This document shows, one piece after another, positions 39,377 to 48,103 of a DNA stretch of 64,000 bases. Each line of letters begins with the position of its first letter. Positions within the stretch are counted from its first letter, which is position 1. Position numbers and translations under genes: made by a program. The DNA comes from Opitutia bacterium (GTDB lineage: Bacteria > Verrucomicrobiota > Verrucomicrobiia > Opitutales > Opitutaceae): positions 6,294 through 70,293 of the forward strand of contig CANGCX010000005.1 in assembly GCA_947452315.1 (NCBI GenBank), given 5' to 3'. Below the pieces are notes generated by a model that worked only from the letters and a program-made list of their open reading frames with translations, did not search any database and was not told the DNA's origin.

Positions 39377-40066
39377 TTAGCGCGAGAGATTAGTGGCTTT
39401 GACCTGGGGCCAAGGCGGCACGACAGCTCCGCCAGAGATCACCATTTTCATGCCTTCGCCGACGCTCATCTCCAGTTCGGTCACTTCATGACGTGGGAGT
39501 AAAAGGAGGAATCCGCTGGTGGGATTGGGCGAAGTGGGCACGAAAACAGTCCAAACTTCTTCAGTGGTTTTAGCTTGGGCTTCACCTTGGGTTTTACTGG
39601 TGAGAAAGCCGATCGCCCAGACGCCAGGACGGGGGAATTGCACGAGCACAACCTGATTGAAGAGATTGCGATTTTGCGTACCGAAAGTGTCGACGATTTG
39701 TTTGACGGTGTTGTAGACGGCGCTGACGCCAGGGATGCTGAGCATGAAGCGCTCGCCAATGGATACGAAATATTTACCGAATACGTAGCGCGAAACATAG
39801 CCTAGGCCTGTGACCAAGATGATCACCAGAAGGGTAGCGAGTATATCCCAGAGAATTGTGAGGCTGGGCCGGTCGCGAAACGTTTCGGGTACGAAGAAAA
39901 AGAACAGTGGCCGAAATGTACCGCCTACAAAATTGATGATGTTGGTGAAGGCCCAGACCGTAACGATCAACGGAGCGAGGAGCAGTGCGCCTGAGATGAA
40001 GGCGTTGCGCAACGTGATGAATCGAGACTGAGTGGCGAGATGGGCAGAGCTGGTCGTTGCGTTCAT
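39377..40066 (-). CDS. DUF502 family membrane protein
   Basis: Two N-terminal TM helices are followed by the conserved IPGV..VY...KQ and VFVPTSPNPTSGFLL motifs. Confidence 0.7.
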   Translation of the reverse strand: MNATTSSAHLATQSRFITLRNAFISGALLLAPLIVTVWAFTNIINFVGGTFRPLFFFFVPETFRDRPSLTILWDILATLLVIILVTGLGYVSRYVFGKYFVSIGERFMLSIPGVSAVYNTVKQIVDTFGTQNRNLFNQVVLVQFPRPGVWAIGFLTSKTQGEAQAKTTEEVWTVFVPTSPNPTSGFLLLLPRHEVTELEMSVGEGMKMVISGGAVVPPWPQVKATNLSR

Positions 40067-40080
40067 GACGGTAGGAGTTT

Positions 40081-40566
40081 TTAGCGACGCAGGGCGAAGC
40101 CAGGGGAGATTTTGTTTTGGGTTAAGATTTTCAATGCGCGGGCCTCGGCGCGACGCATGATGCGTTTTTTGGCGGGCTGTAGGTCATCGTAGCCAGCGAG
40201 ATGGAGCCAACCGTGAACGACGTAGAGGAGTAATTCTGTGGCGAATTCATGGCCATTTTGTTTGGCGTAGGTCTTGGCGGTGTCGACTGAGACGCAGATT
40301 TCTCCAGCGACACCGTGGTCTGAATTCCCTTCGAAAGTAATGACATCGGTCGTTGTCGGATCAGCAAGGAAGTCGGCATGCAGTTGCGCGAGAGCTAGAT
40401 CGTCGAGAAAAACTAAGGAGAGTTCACCGGAAGGAACGCCTCCTCGGAACTCAGTTGCGTGCGCGTCAAGGGTTGCGATTGCGCGCCTAAGTTCAGCCCG
40501 AGTGAAGTGCAGGCGAGGGTAACGGTTTGAGATCGCGGTTTCCCGGATTTGAGAGGCGGGCGGCAT
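40081..40566 (-). CDS. ybeY: rRNA maturation endoribonuclease YbeY
   Basis: Zn-binding motif HGWLHLAGYDD. The protein is 161 aa and lies downstream of phoH and the 7TM-HD gene. Confidence 0.9.
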   Translation of the reverse strand: MPPASQIRETAISNRYPRLHFTRAELRRAIATLDAHATEFRGGVPSGELSLVFLDDLALAQLHADFLADPTTTDVITFEGNSDHGVAGEICVSVDTAKTYAKQNGHEFATELLLYVVHGWLHLAGYDDLQPAKKRIMRRAEARALKILTQNKISPGFALRR

Positions 40567-40569
40567 CGT

Positions 40570-42942
40570 TCAGGCTTTGACGGCGGCTGTCGCGGAAGAT
40601 TCGGTCCCAGTAGCTGAATAGGCGACGCGGGCGTGGAGCATGTTGAGCAGCGTGAATTGAAAACTATTTTTGATTCGGGCAATGTCCTCGAAGGTAAGTG
40701 GGGCTTCGTCGAGTTGTTTGTCTGCGATGCGATCAAGAACGATTTTGTCTATGAGGGCTGTGAGTTGCGTGGCGTCGGCAGCGCGGAGGGAGCGGGAGGC
40801 CGCTTCGACGCCATCGGCGAGGGCGATGACAGCACTTTCTTTGAATTGTGGGCGCGGGCCGTCGTAGCGGAAAGGGGCGTCGGAGATCGACGTGGCTTCG
40901 GGCTGCAGTGTGAATTGAGGCGCGGGTGAGAGCGGCAGTGGCGAACGGGAGTGATTAAGCGCTTGTTCGTAAAAATAGCGTACCAAAGTGGTGCCGTGGT
41001 GTTGGCGGATGACGTCAATCACGGCACGGGGCAGGCCATGACGAACGGCGAGTTCGACGCCGTCGGTGACGTGCCGTTTGATGATTCGTGCTGATTCAAT
41101 CGGGTCGTGTTCGTCGTGGGGGTTGTGGCGGTCACGTTGGTTTTCGGTAAAGTACGAGGGGTGGACGGTCTTGCCGATGTCGTGAAAGAGAGCGCAGACT
41201 CGGGCAAGCAGGGGGTTGGCACCGATGGCATTGGAGGCGTTCTCCGCGAGTTGAGCTACAACAAGTGAGTGATGATAGGTGCCGGGCGCTTCGAGCTGCA
41301 TGCGACGCAGTAAGGGGTGATTGTAATCGGTGAGTTCGAGCAGCGTAATGTCAGTGGTGCGTTTAAAGAGGGATTCGAGTACGGGTAGAAGCCCGACGAC
41401 GGCGACGCCTGTGAATAGTCCGGTTACAATGCCGGCTGACATCTGGCGGGCTAGGGTATCGAGAGGCGTTTGGTCGGCGAAGGCGATGAGCGCGGCGAAG
41501 ACGGCAACGGTTAGCCCGCCGGCGACGGCGGAGCGTACGACGCGGCCACGGCGGCGGGCATCACGGCAGAAGAAAATGGCAACGAGAGACGCGAGAAAAG
41601 TAAGAACAAGTAGATCGAGGCGGTTACCGTAGATCACCCCAGTGAAAATGGAGATTAGTAGCGCCATGAAGATGGCGGAGCCGGCGTCGATTAGGATCGC
41701 GACGATGAGTGGGGCGAAGGCGGTAGGAGCGACGTAGGGCAGGGTAGAGGCCCATGATCCGTCGCGAATAAAAAAATCGGCTCCGCCGAGAGTGTAGACT
41801 AGACGGACAAGACCGAGGTTGAGGATGACCACGAGGGCTAGAAGCCCCAGTCGGACGTTACTGCGGAGCGTTTCAGCGTCCTCGATCCGGATGTAAATGA
41901 TGGAGGCGAGCACCATCGCGAGTACCAGAAGCACGCGACCAAACAGAGCGAGGCCTTCGTTCAGCTCGGTGTCGGCATGCTCTGCGAGGTAGTGGCGATG
42001 AGCATCGAACATCTCGTATTGGCTGGGTGAAACTCGCTCGCCGGCTTCGATGATCGTCTGCCCACGGGCTACGTTGACGGTAACCGGTTGTACCGCGCGA
42101 ACGGCTTCAGCTTCGCGCTGCTGGGTGGCGGCGCGGTCGAAGACGACGTTGGCGGTGACTCCATTGCGGAAAAAGCGAAAGAGAGCTTGGGCTGAGGTGC
42201 GAGGTACACCGTCGGTTGCGAGGCTCACGCGTAAGATGGTGAGGGCTTCTTCGAGCGAGTGGACCGGGCGCGGTGCAGGGGTGCTGCCAGGTGTGGCGAT
42301 TTGAAAAACAGTAACACCACCCAACGCGTTAGTGCCAAGTGCGGCGTCATGGACTCCTTCGGTGTAGAGTTCACGCAGGACATTTAGGCCAGTCTCGAAA
42401 ATCGCAGAGCGGGTTTTAGCGTCCCCGGCGGCGAGAAGAGCGGCGACGTCCTCGGCGGTAGTGTTGTAGGTGCCGCGGGCGTTGAAATCGGCGGATATTT
42501 GGGCGAGTTCGGCCCGGGGGCGGTTCAGTGGTGTGGGTCCTGCGGGATGCGTAAGTTCATACGTCGCCAGGCGTACGAGTAGGTCGCGGGCGGCGGCGTC
42601 GAAGGCACCGAGGGCTTCGAAATCCAGTCGGTAAATAGGCGGAACGCGGTCGAGAAATTGTTCTCGTGCCGTGCGAGTTTTTTCCTCGCTCACATAGGTG
42701 AATGGCGCGGCTGCGATGACTCGAACAGTGGCTGTTTGCCCAGGTAGAACCGGGAGGCGGAGTGAGGTCATGCCTGCGGAGCTGATGAGCACGATAGCCG
42801 CCACCGTGACGATGAATATTAGGGCGGCGACCAGTCGGCTGCGTTCCATGAACTCGAGCGCAGGCGAATACGCGGAAGAGGTAGCAGGTCGTCGGGCGCT
42901 TAAGCCACCGACGAGGAGTTTCCACTGATTTTTTACGGACAT
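40570..42942 (-). CDS. 7TM-receptor HD-domain phosphohydrolase (PgpH/YqfF-like)
   Basis: A large extracytoplasmic N-domain, seven TM helices, and an HD domain (HHSLVVAQLAE...LFHDIGK). Confidence 0.8.
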   Translation of the reverse strand: MSVKNQWKLLVGGLSARRPATSSAYSPALEFMERSRLVAALIFIVTVAAIVLISSAGMTSLRLPVLPGQTATVRVIAAAPFTYVSEEKTRTAREQFLDRVPPIYRLDFEALGAFDAAARDLLVRLATYELTHPAGPTPLNRPRAELAQISADFNARGTYNTTAEDVAALLAAGDAKTRSAIFETGLNVLRELYTEGVHDAALGTNALGGVTVFQIATPGSTPAPRPVHSLEEALTILRVSLATDGVPRTSAQALFRFFRNGVTANVVFDRAATQQREAEAVRAVQPVTVNVARGQTIIEAGERVSPSQYEMFDAHRHYLAEHADTELNEGLALFGRVLLVLAMVLASIIYIRIEDAETLRSNVRLGLLALVVILNLGLVRLVYTLGGADFFIRDGSWASTLPYVAPTAFAPLIVAILIDAGSAIFMALLISIFTGVIYGNRLDLLVLTFLASLVAIFFCRDARRRGRVVRSAVAGGLTVAVFAALIAFADQTPLDTLARQMSAGIVTGLFTGVAVVGLLPVLESLFKRTTDITLLELTDYNHPLLRRMQLEAPGTYHHSLVVAQLAENASNAIGANPLLARVCALFHDIGKTVHPSYFTENQRDRHNPHDEHDPIESARIIKRHVTDGVELAVRHGLPRAVIDVIRQHHGTTLVRYFYEQALNHSRSPLPLSPAPQFTLQPEATSISDAPFRYDGPRPQFKESAVIALADGVEAASRSLRAADATQLTALIDKIVLDRIADKQLDEAPLTFEDIARIKNSFQFTLLNMLHARVAYSATGTESSATAAVKA

Positions 42943-42960
42943 TGCAGAAGGGAGTAGGCG

Positions 42961-43983
42961 TTAACGCGGTGCGACAGCACTATCTTCACTACCGATGGGG
43001 TTGCGGTAAGATTCATAAGCTTCGATGATTTTCAGCACTAGCGGATGACGGACGACATCGCTGCCGCTGAAGGCGTGAAAATCGATACCGGGAATGTTTT
43101 GGAGAATGCGGCGAACTTCTAGCAGTCCGCTTTGTTTGGAGCGCGGCAGATCGATTTGGGTGATGTCGCCGGTGACTACCATGCGGGATTCTTCGCCAAG
43201 ACGGGTGAGAAACATCATCATCTGCTCGGGAGTGGTATTCTGCGCTTCGTCAAGGACGATGAAGGCGTTTGAAAGCGTGCGGCCGCGCATGTAAGCAAGC
43301 GGGGCGATTTCAATCACGCCCTTTTCTGTGAGGCGCGTAATATCAGCCGCGTCGAGCATATCGTGCAAGGCATCGTATAACGGTCGCAGGTACGGGAGAA
43401 TTTTTTCCTCGAGGTCGCCCGGTAGGAAACCCAGCGCTTCGCCGGCTTCTACGGCGGGGCGGGTAAGAATGATACGTTGGACTTCGTTTTTTAGCAGTGC
43501 CGAGACCGCCGCGGCCATCGCGAGATAAGTTTTGCCTGTGCCGGCGGGACCTATGCCGAAGACGACGGGGTTTTTCAGGATCGATTGGAGGTAGAGTTTT
43601 TGACCGAGCGTTTTAGGAACGATCGTCTTACGGTTGGTGGCGATGACCAGCGGTGCGGCGTAAAGTGCTTTGAGATCGGCACCTTCACCACGGGCGAAGC
43701 TTTCCAGTATCCGAATGAAATCCGGTGTACGAATAGCGAGGCCTTGGCCGCGGGCAGCGTGGAGAAAATTAAAAAAATCGACGGCGAGGGCGACAGACTC
43801 AGCGGCGGGACGGGGGGATGGTTTTCCCGGGGTTTGTGGGGCAGGTTCGATTTTCAGCCAATCCTCGCGCGTAATCAGGCGTACGTGTAGTGAAACCTCG
43901 GCTACACTGAGATTTTGATCGGTGCCGGCGTAGAGGCTACTCAGGTGGCGGGCGCTTGGAAAATGCAAGGTCTTGGACGTCAC
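42961..43983 (-). CDS. phoH: PhoH-family ATPase (YbeZ-like)
   Basis: Walker [14 protein letters not shown], Walker [10 protein letters not shown], and [12 protein letters not shown]. Confidence 0.9.
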   Translation of the reverse strand: MTSKTLHFPSARHLSSLYAGTDQNLSVAEVSLHVRLITREDWLKIEPAPQTPGKPSPRPAAESVALAVDFFNFLHAARGQGLAIRTPDFIRILESFARGEGADLKALYAAPLVIATNRKTIVPKTLGQKLYLQSILKNPVVFGIGPAGTGKTYLAMAAAVSALLKNEVQRIILTRPAVEAGEALGFLPGDLEEKILPYLRPLYDALHDMLDAADITRLTEKGVIEIAPLAYMRGRTLSNAFIVLDEAQNTTPEQMMMFLTRLGEESRMVVTGDITQIDLPRSKQSGLLEVRRILQNIPGIDFHAFSGSDVVRHPLVLKIIEAYESYRNPIGSEDSAVAPR

Positions 43984-43996
43984 TTCGAATAAAAAA

Positions 43997-44497
43997 TTAT
44001 GTCGTAATCGTAGGAACGGCCGCGGTTAAACGCTCCCAAATCGCATCTAGCGATTGGGGTAGGATGCGGGTCTGGCCGAGCACGGGCATGAAGTTGTTGT
44101 CGCCAGACCAACGTGGCACTAGATGGCCGTGGAGATGGGCGATGCTGCCCCCAGCGGCCGAGCCGAGGTTAAAGCCGACGTTGATGCCGTCGGGCTTGAG
44201 CACCGCGTTAAGCAATTTTTGGCCGAAAACGATCTCTTCCATTAATTCGGAGCGCTCCGCTACGGTGAGTTCCATTAGGTCGCTTACTTCGCGAAAGGGA
44301 ACCGCGAGCAAATGGCCTGGATTATACGGAAAGCGGTTGAGAATGAGGTACGAAAGTTTCGAGCGGTGCACGATGAGTGCCGTGCGATCATCGCCCAGCG
44401 CTGGGAGCTCCGTAAACGGTCGCCTCAGGGCGGCAGGATAACGCGGCGCCTCTATGTATTCCATGCGCCAGTAAGGATGAAGCTGCTGTGGATTCAA
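43997..44497 (-). CDS. HIT-family nucleotide hydrolase/transferase
   Basis: Histidine triad HLHGHLVPR and the N-terminal WRMEYI motif. The TTG start at 44497 is retained because the WRMEYI motif lies upstream of the first ATG. Confidence 0.75.
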   Translation of the reverse strand: MNPQQLHPYWRMEYIEAPRYPAALRRPFTELPALGDDRTALIVHRSKLSYLILNRFPYNPGHLLAVPFREVSDLMELTVAERSELMEEIVFGQKLLNAVLKPDGINVGFNLGSAAGGSIAHLHGHLVPRWSGDNNFMPVLGQTRILPQSLDAIWERLTAAVPTITT

Positions 44498-44564
44498 AGG
44501 ACGCTTAGTCCAGCGTGGCTCTCACCCGATGTCAAAGCCGCGGGCCCTGAGTTTTGGAGTTGAT

Positions 44565-44578
44565 ATGACGGGCGTCAT
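44565..44578. promoter_or_regulatory. Candidate TetR operator (perfect 6-2-6 palindrome ATGACG-GG-CGTCAT)
   Basis: It lies in the divergent HIT/TetR intergenic region, 26 nt upstream of the preferred TetR start. Confidence 0.35.
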
Positions 44579-44603
44579 CTTAAAGAGTGCCGGACTGTTT
44601 AAC

Positions 44604-45191
44604 ATGCGCTATCCGCCTGAACATAAACTCTTCACCCGTCGTCGCATCGTAGCGGCGGCGAGCGCAGCGTTTCGGGAGCGCGGGGTGGAAAACACCGGAG
44701 TGGACGAAGTGATGCGCCGCGCCGGGCTCACGCATGGGGGATTTTACGCGCATTTTAACGATAAAGCTCAACTTGTAGCCGAGGCCTGCGCAGATGCATT
44801 CGATGCGGCGGTGGTGAATCTCGAGCGGATCGCAGCACAACCTACCGCGGCCAAGCGTGCGAGATTGTTGATTGATAGCTATTTGTCCGCGCGGCATCGC
44901 GACAATCGCGGGTCGGGGTGCTTGGTCGTTGCCGTAGGCGCGGATATGGCGCGGCTCGATGCGGCCGGGCGTTCGGGTTATGCGCGGGGCTTTGCGCGGC
45001 ACATTGATCGATTGTGCGCGGCTTTGCAGTTGGCGCGTGATACGGAACGCAACCGTGATCGGGTCACGCATTTGATGAGTTCTCTGGTTGGTGCGCTGCT
45101 ATTTGCGCGTGCAGCGGAGACGTCGGAGCGGAGCGAAGCCTTATTGATTTCGGCGCGGCGGATGTTGCGCGCGGAATTTTGCCAACGTTGA
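44604..45191 (+). CDS. TetR/AcrR-family transcriptional regulator
   Basis: HTH signature RRRIVAAASAAFRERGVENTGVDEVMRRAGLTHGGFYAHFNDK. I prefer the start at 44604 (MRYPPEH). The track start at 44529 would leave only 31 bp for divergent promoters and would bury the palindrome in coding sequence. Confidence 0.75.
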   Translation: MRYPPEHKLFTRRRIVAAASAAFRERGVENTGVDEVMRRAGLTHGGFYAHFNDKAQLVAEACADAFDAAVVNLERIAAQPTAAKRARLLIDSYLSARHRDNRGSGCLVVAVGADMARLDAAGRSGYARGFARHIDRLCAALQLARDTERNRDRVTHLMSSLVGALLFARAAETSERSEALLISARRMLRAEFCQR

Positions 45192-45199
45192 ATTTTTAT

Positions 45200-46522
45200 A
45201 TGAACACACCTCAAAACAAACGTCGTCGGGTCGTTATTACAGGTTTGGGCGCAGTGACCCCGGTCGGAAATTCTGTCGCGGCCACTTGGGAAGCCCTGCA
45301 GGCAGGTCGCAGTGGCATCGGTAAAATCACGCGCTTCGACGCAACCGCCTGCACTGCCCAGATCGCCGGTGAGGTGAAGGACTACGATCCTACCAAGACC
45401 ATCGCTACGCCGGTGCATCCGCGTGGCGCAGCGGGCGAAGCGGTTACAGCGGCACTCTCGCCGAAGGAAATGAAAAAACTCGGGCGTTTCACGCATCTCG
45501 GCCTCGGCGCTGGTCTTGAGGCATATATTGATTCTGGCCTCGACGCGGTGCGCGCGACGCTCAAACCCGATCGCCTCGCAATTAATATGGGCGTAGGCCT
45601 AGGTGGCCTGCCCGAGATCGAAGCGATGCACGATACTTGGAAAACGGGCGGATTTCGGAAGATTTCACCGTTCTTTATTTTACAGGTAGCGCCCAACATT
45701 CTGTCGGGCCAACTGGCGATTCTGCTCGATGCGCGTGGGCCTAACATGAGCAATACGGCAGCATGTGCCACGAGCGGTCACTCGCTCGGCGAGTCATTGC
45801 GTGTGATTCAACGCGGCGAAGCCGATGTTATGATCGCCGGTGGATCTGAAGCTGCAATCAGTCCACTTTCAGTCGGAGCTTTTGCTCAGATGCGCGCGCT
45901 CTCGACCCGCAACGATGCTCCGGAAAAAGCTTCGCGCCCTTACGACGCGGACCGCGATGGCTTTGTGATCGGCGAAGGCGCCGTCGCGATGGTGCTCGAA
46001 GAATACGAACATGCTAAGGCGCGTGGCGCTCGCATTTACGCTGAGCTAAGCGGCTACTCGGCTTCCGGAGATGCTTATCATCTTTCATCGCTCGCACCTG
46101 AGGCAGAAGGCTCGCGTCGAGCGATGGAGCAAGCGCTCCGCGATGCCGGCGTCGCTCCAATGCAAGTTGGCTACGTGTCAGCGCACGCCACTTCGACACC
46201 TGGCGGAGACGGCGAAGAAGGTGCGGCAATCGCGGCTGTTTTTGCCGAAAACAAAGCGACGCTCCACGTCAGTGGGGTGAAGTCCATGACCGGCCATCTC
46301 CTTGGGGGGGCCGGTGCGTTGGGTGCGTTGGCCGCGGTGCTCGCGGTGCATCACGGCGTGATTCCACCTACGATCAATTTGGAAAACGTCGATCCGGTTT
46401 GCGCTGCTTTGGGCTTAAATTTCACACCGAATACCGCTGTTAAAAAACGCGTGGACTATGCTCTCGCCAACAGCTTCGGCTTCGGCGGGACAAATGCTTC
46501 GCTCGTGGTGGGCCGCGTGTGA
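45200..46522 (+). CDS. fabF: Beta-ketoacyl-ACP synthase II
   Basis: RVVITGLGAVTPVG start, catalytic Cys (AACATSGH), His (HATSTPGGD) and His (KSMTGHLLGGAG), and the terminal SFGFGGTNASLV. Confidence 0.85.
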   Translation: MNTPQNKRRRVVITGLGAVTPVGNSVAATWEALQAGRSGIGKITRFDATACTAQIAGEVKDYDPTKTIATPVHPRGAAGEAVTAALSPKEMKKLGRFTHLGLGAGLEAYIDSGLDAVRATLKPDRLAINMGVGLGGLPEIEAMHDTWKTGGFRKISPFFILQVAPNILSGQLAILLDARGPNMSNTAACATSGHSLGESLRVIQRGEADVMIAGGSEAAISPLSVGAFAQMRALSTRNDAPEKASRPYDADRDGFVIGEGAVAMVLEEYEHAKARGARIYAELSGYSASGDAYHLSSLAPEAEGSRRAMEQALRDAGVAPMQVGYVSAHATSTPGGDGEEGAAIAAVFAENKATLHVSGVKSMTGHLLGGAGALGALAAVLAVHHGVIPPTINLENVDPVCAALGLNFTPNTAVKKRVDYALANSFGFGGTNASLVVGRV

Positions 46523-47361
46523 ATTCGCTCTTGCGAGAGAGAGCGGAGCGAGCGGGTTTAATGCTACCCACCGCTAATTCGCCGGAGGCTTGGGCAGAGC
46601 TTGCGGTGGATATATTCCTGCGGCCGCCGCCGCCTACGCGTATACCCATGCGTGAACAAAATTATTTGGCTACCGCCAAGCGAGGCTTCGCATCGACGCG
46701 TTGGGGTGAATTGGCGCAGTGGAGCTGGGGCGTGAACGAAGCACCTTTGGTGATACTCGCCCACGGTTGGGCAGGCCGCGCGGCGCAGTTGGGTGCTTTG
46801 GCTGAACCGTTAGTCGCGGCGGGGTTTCGCGTGGTGGCTTTTGATGGTCCAGCGCACGGAGAATCACCCGGGCGTGAGGCGCATGTACCTATGTTGGCGG
46901 AGTGTATTTTGGAGGTCGCCGCGCAACAAGGAGGACTGCGGGCGGTGATCGGACACTCCGCAGGGGCAGCGAGTGCAGCTTTAGCGACATTGATGGGGTT
47001 GGAGCCGCGCGGCTTGGTTTTGATCGCGCCACCTCTAAGTCATCGTCGTCGTGTCGAGCGCGTGGCGGACCGGTTTGAGCTCTCGCCTGAGGTCCGCATA
47101 GCTTTTTTCGCGGCAGCGGAGCGACGGGGTGGATGGAAAGATGCCGATGTTGATATGCGTGTAGTGGCTCGGCGTGCGCCATGCCCCGCGCTCGTATTAC
47201 ACGATCCCAACGACGATCACACAGATTACGCGGGATCCCAGGAATTCACGGCGTTGTGGCGGGGTTCGCGGTTAGTACCGTGCCCGGGCCGCGGACATAT
47301 TCGGATTTTATCGACGCCGGAAGTCGTGGCGGAGGCGGTTCGCTTTGTGGTGGGGTTGTAA
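46519..47361 (+). CDS. Alpha/beta-fold hydrolase
   Basis: Oxyanion region ILAHGWAG, nucleophile elbow GHSAGA, and a C-terminal GRGH. The GTG start overlaps the fabF stop (GTGA). Confidence 0.65.
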   Translation: MNSLLRERAERAGLMLPTANSPEAWAELAVDIFLRPPPPTRIPMREQNYLATAKRGFASTRWGELAQWSWGVNEAPLVILAHGWAGRAAQLGALAEPLVAAGFRVVAFDGPAHGESPGREAHVPMLAECILEVAAQQGGLRAVIGHSAGAASAALATLMGLEPRGLVLIAPPLSHRRRVERVADRFELSPEVRIAFFAAAERRGGWKDADVDMRVVARRAPCPALVLHDPNDDHTDYAGSQEFTALWRGSRLVPCPGRGHIRILSTPEVVAEAVRFVVGL

Positions 47362-47400
47362 GGCTTGCTGCGGGTGCCGCGCGATGCTGATGATCGACTT

Positions 47401-48054
47401 ATGAAGGATCGCCGAATGATTTTGTTTGTTGGATTGATGGCGCCGATTTTGGCCTGGTCGTGGTTGTCACCGCAGGATCGATTGACTTGGTGGCTGGAAG
47501 TTGTGCCGGTATTAATCGGAGTTCCTCTGCTGCTATTGACCGCCCAGAGATTTCCACTTTCGACCATGTTGCTGGTGCTCGTATGGCTGCATGCTGTTGT
47601 GTTAATTGTCGGCGGGCATTACACGTATGCGCTTGTGCCGGGATTTGGTCCCACGGATGCGCTGGGTCGGGCATTGGGTTGGACGCGTAACAACTACGAC
47701 AAGCTCGGCCATTTTGCGCAGGGCTTTGTGCCAGCTATTTTGACTAGGGAGATTTTACTGCGAACATCACCGCTTAGTGCGAGCGTGGGCGTGGACGGAA
47801 AGCTGCGGGTGAGTCGATGGGTGGCATTTTTAGTCGTATCGGTGTGTTTAGCATTTTCTGCGTTTTACGAACTAATTGAGTGGCTTACCGCCAATTTTCA
47901 GGGAGCGGCAGCGGAGGCGTTTCTCGGGACGCAGGGAGATATTTGGGATACGCAAAAAGATATGGCGACGGCTCTGGTGGGGGCACTCATTGCTTTGGCG
48001 GTACTAAGTCGTGTGCATGATCGAGCTGTGGCGCGAATGCTTGATGGGAGTTGA
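47401..48054 (+). CDS. DUF2238 (YjdF-like) inner-membrane protein
   Basis: Multi-TM protein with motifs GGHYTYALVPGFG, NNYDKLGHFAQGFVPAIL and FYELIEW. The start is uncertain, with candidates at 47365 (TTG), 47401 and 47416. Confidence 0.65.
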   Translation: MKDRRMILFVGLMAPILAWSWLSPQDRLTWWLEVVPVLIGVPLLLLTAQRFPLSTMLLVLVWLHAVVLIVGGHYTYALVPGFGPTDALGRALGWTRNNYDKLGHFAQGFVPAILTREILLRTSPLSASVGVDGKLRVSRWVAFLVVSVCLAFSAFYELIEWLTANFQGAAAEAFLGTQGDIWDTQKDMATALVGALIALAVLSRVHDRAVARMLDGS

Positions 48055-48103
48055 TGAGACTGGTTGAGGCGAAAAAAATCGGCGACTAGTGCAGTTAAAC
48101 GGG

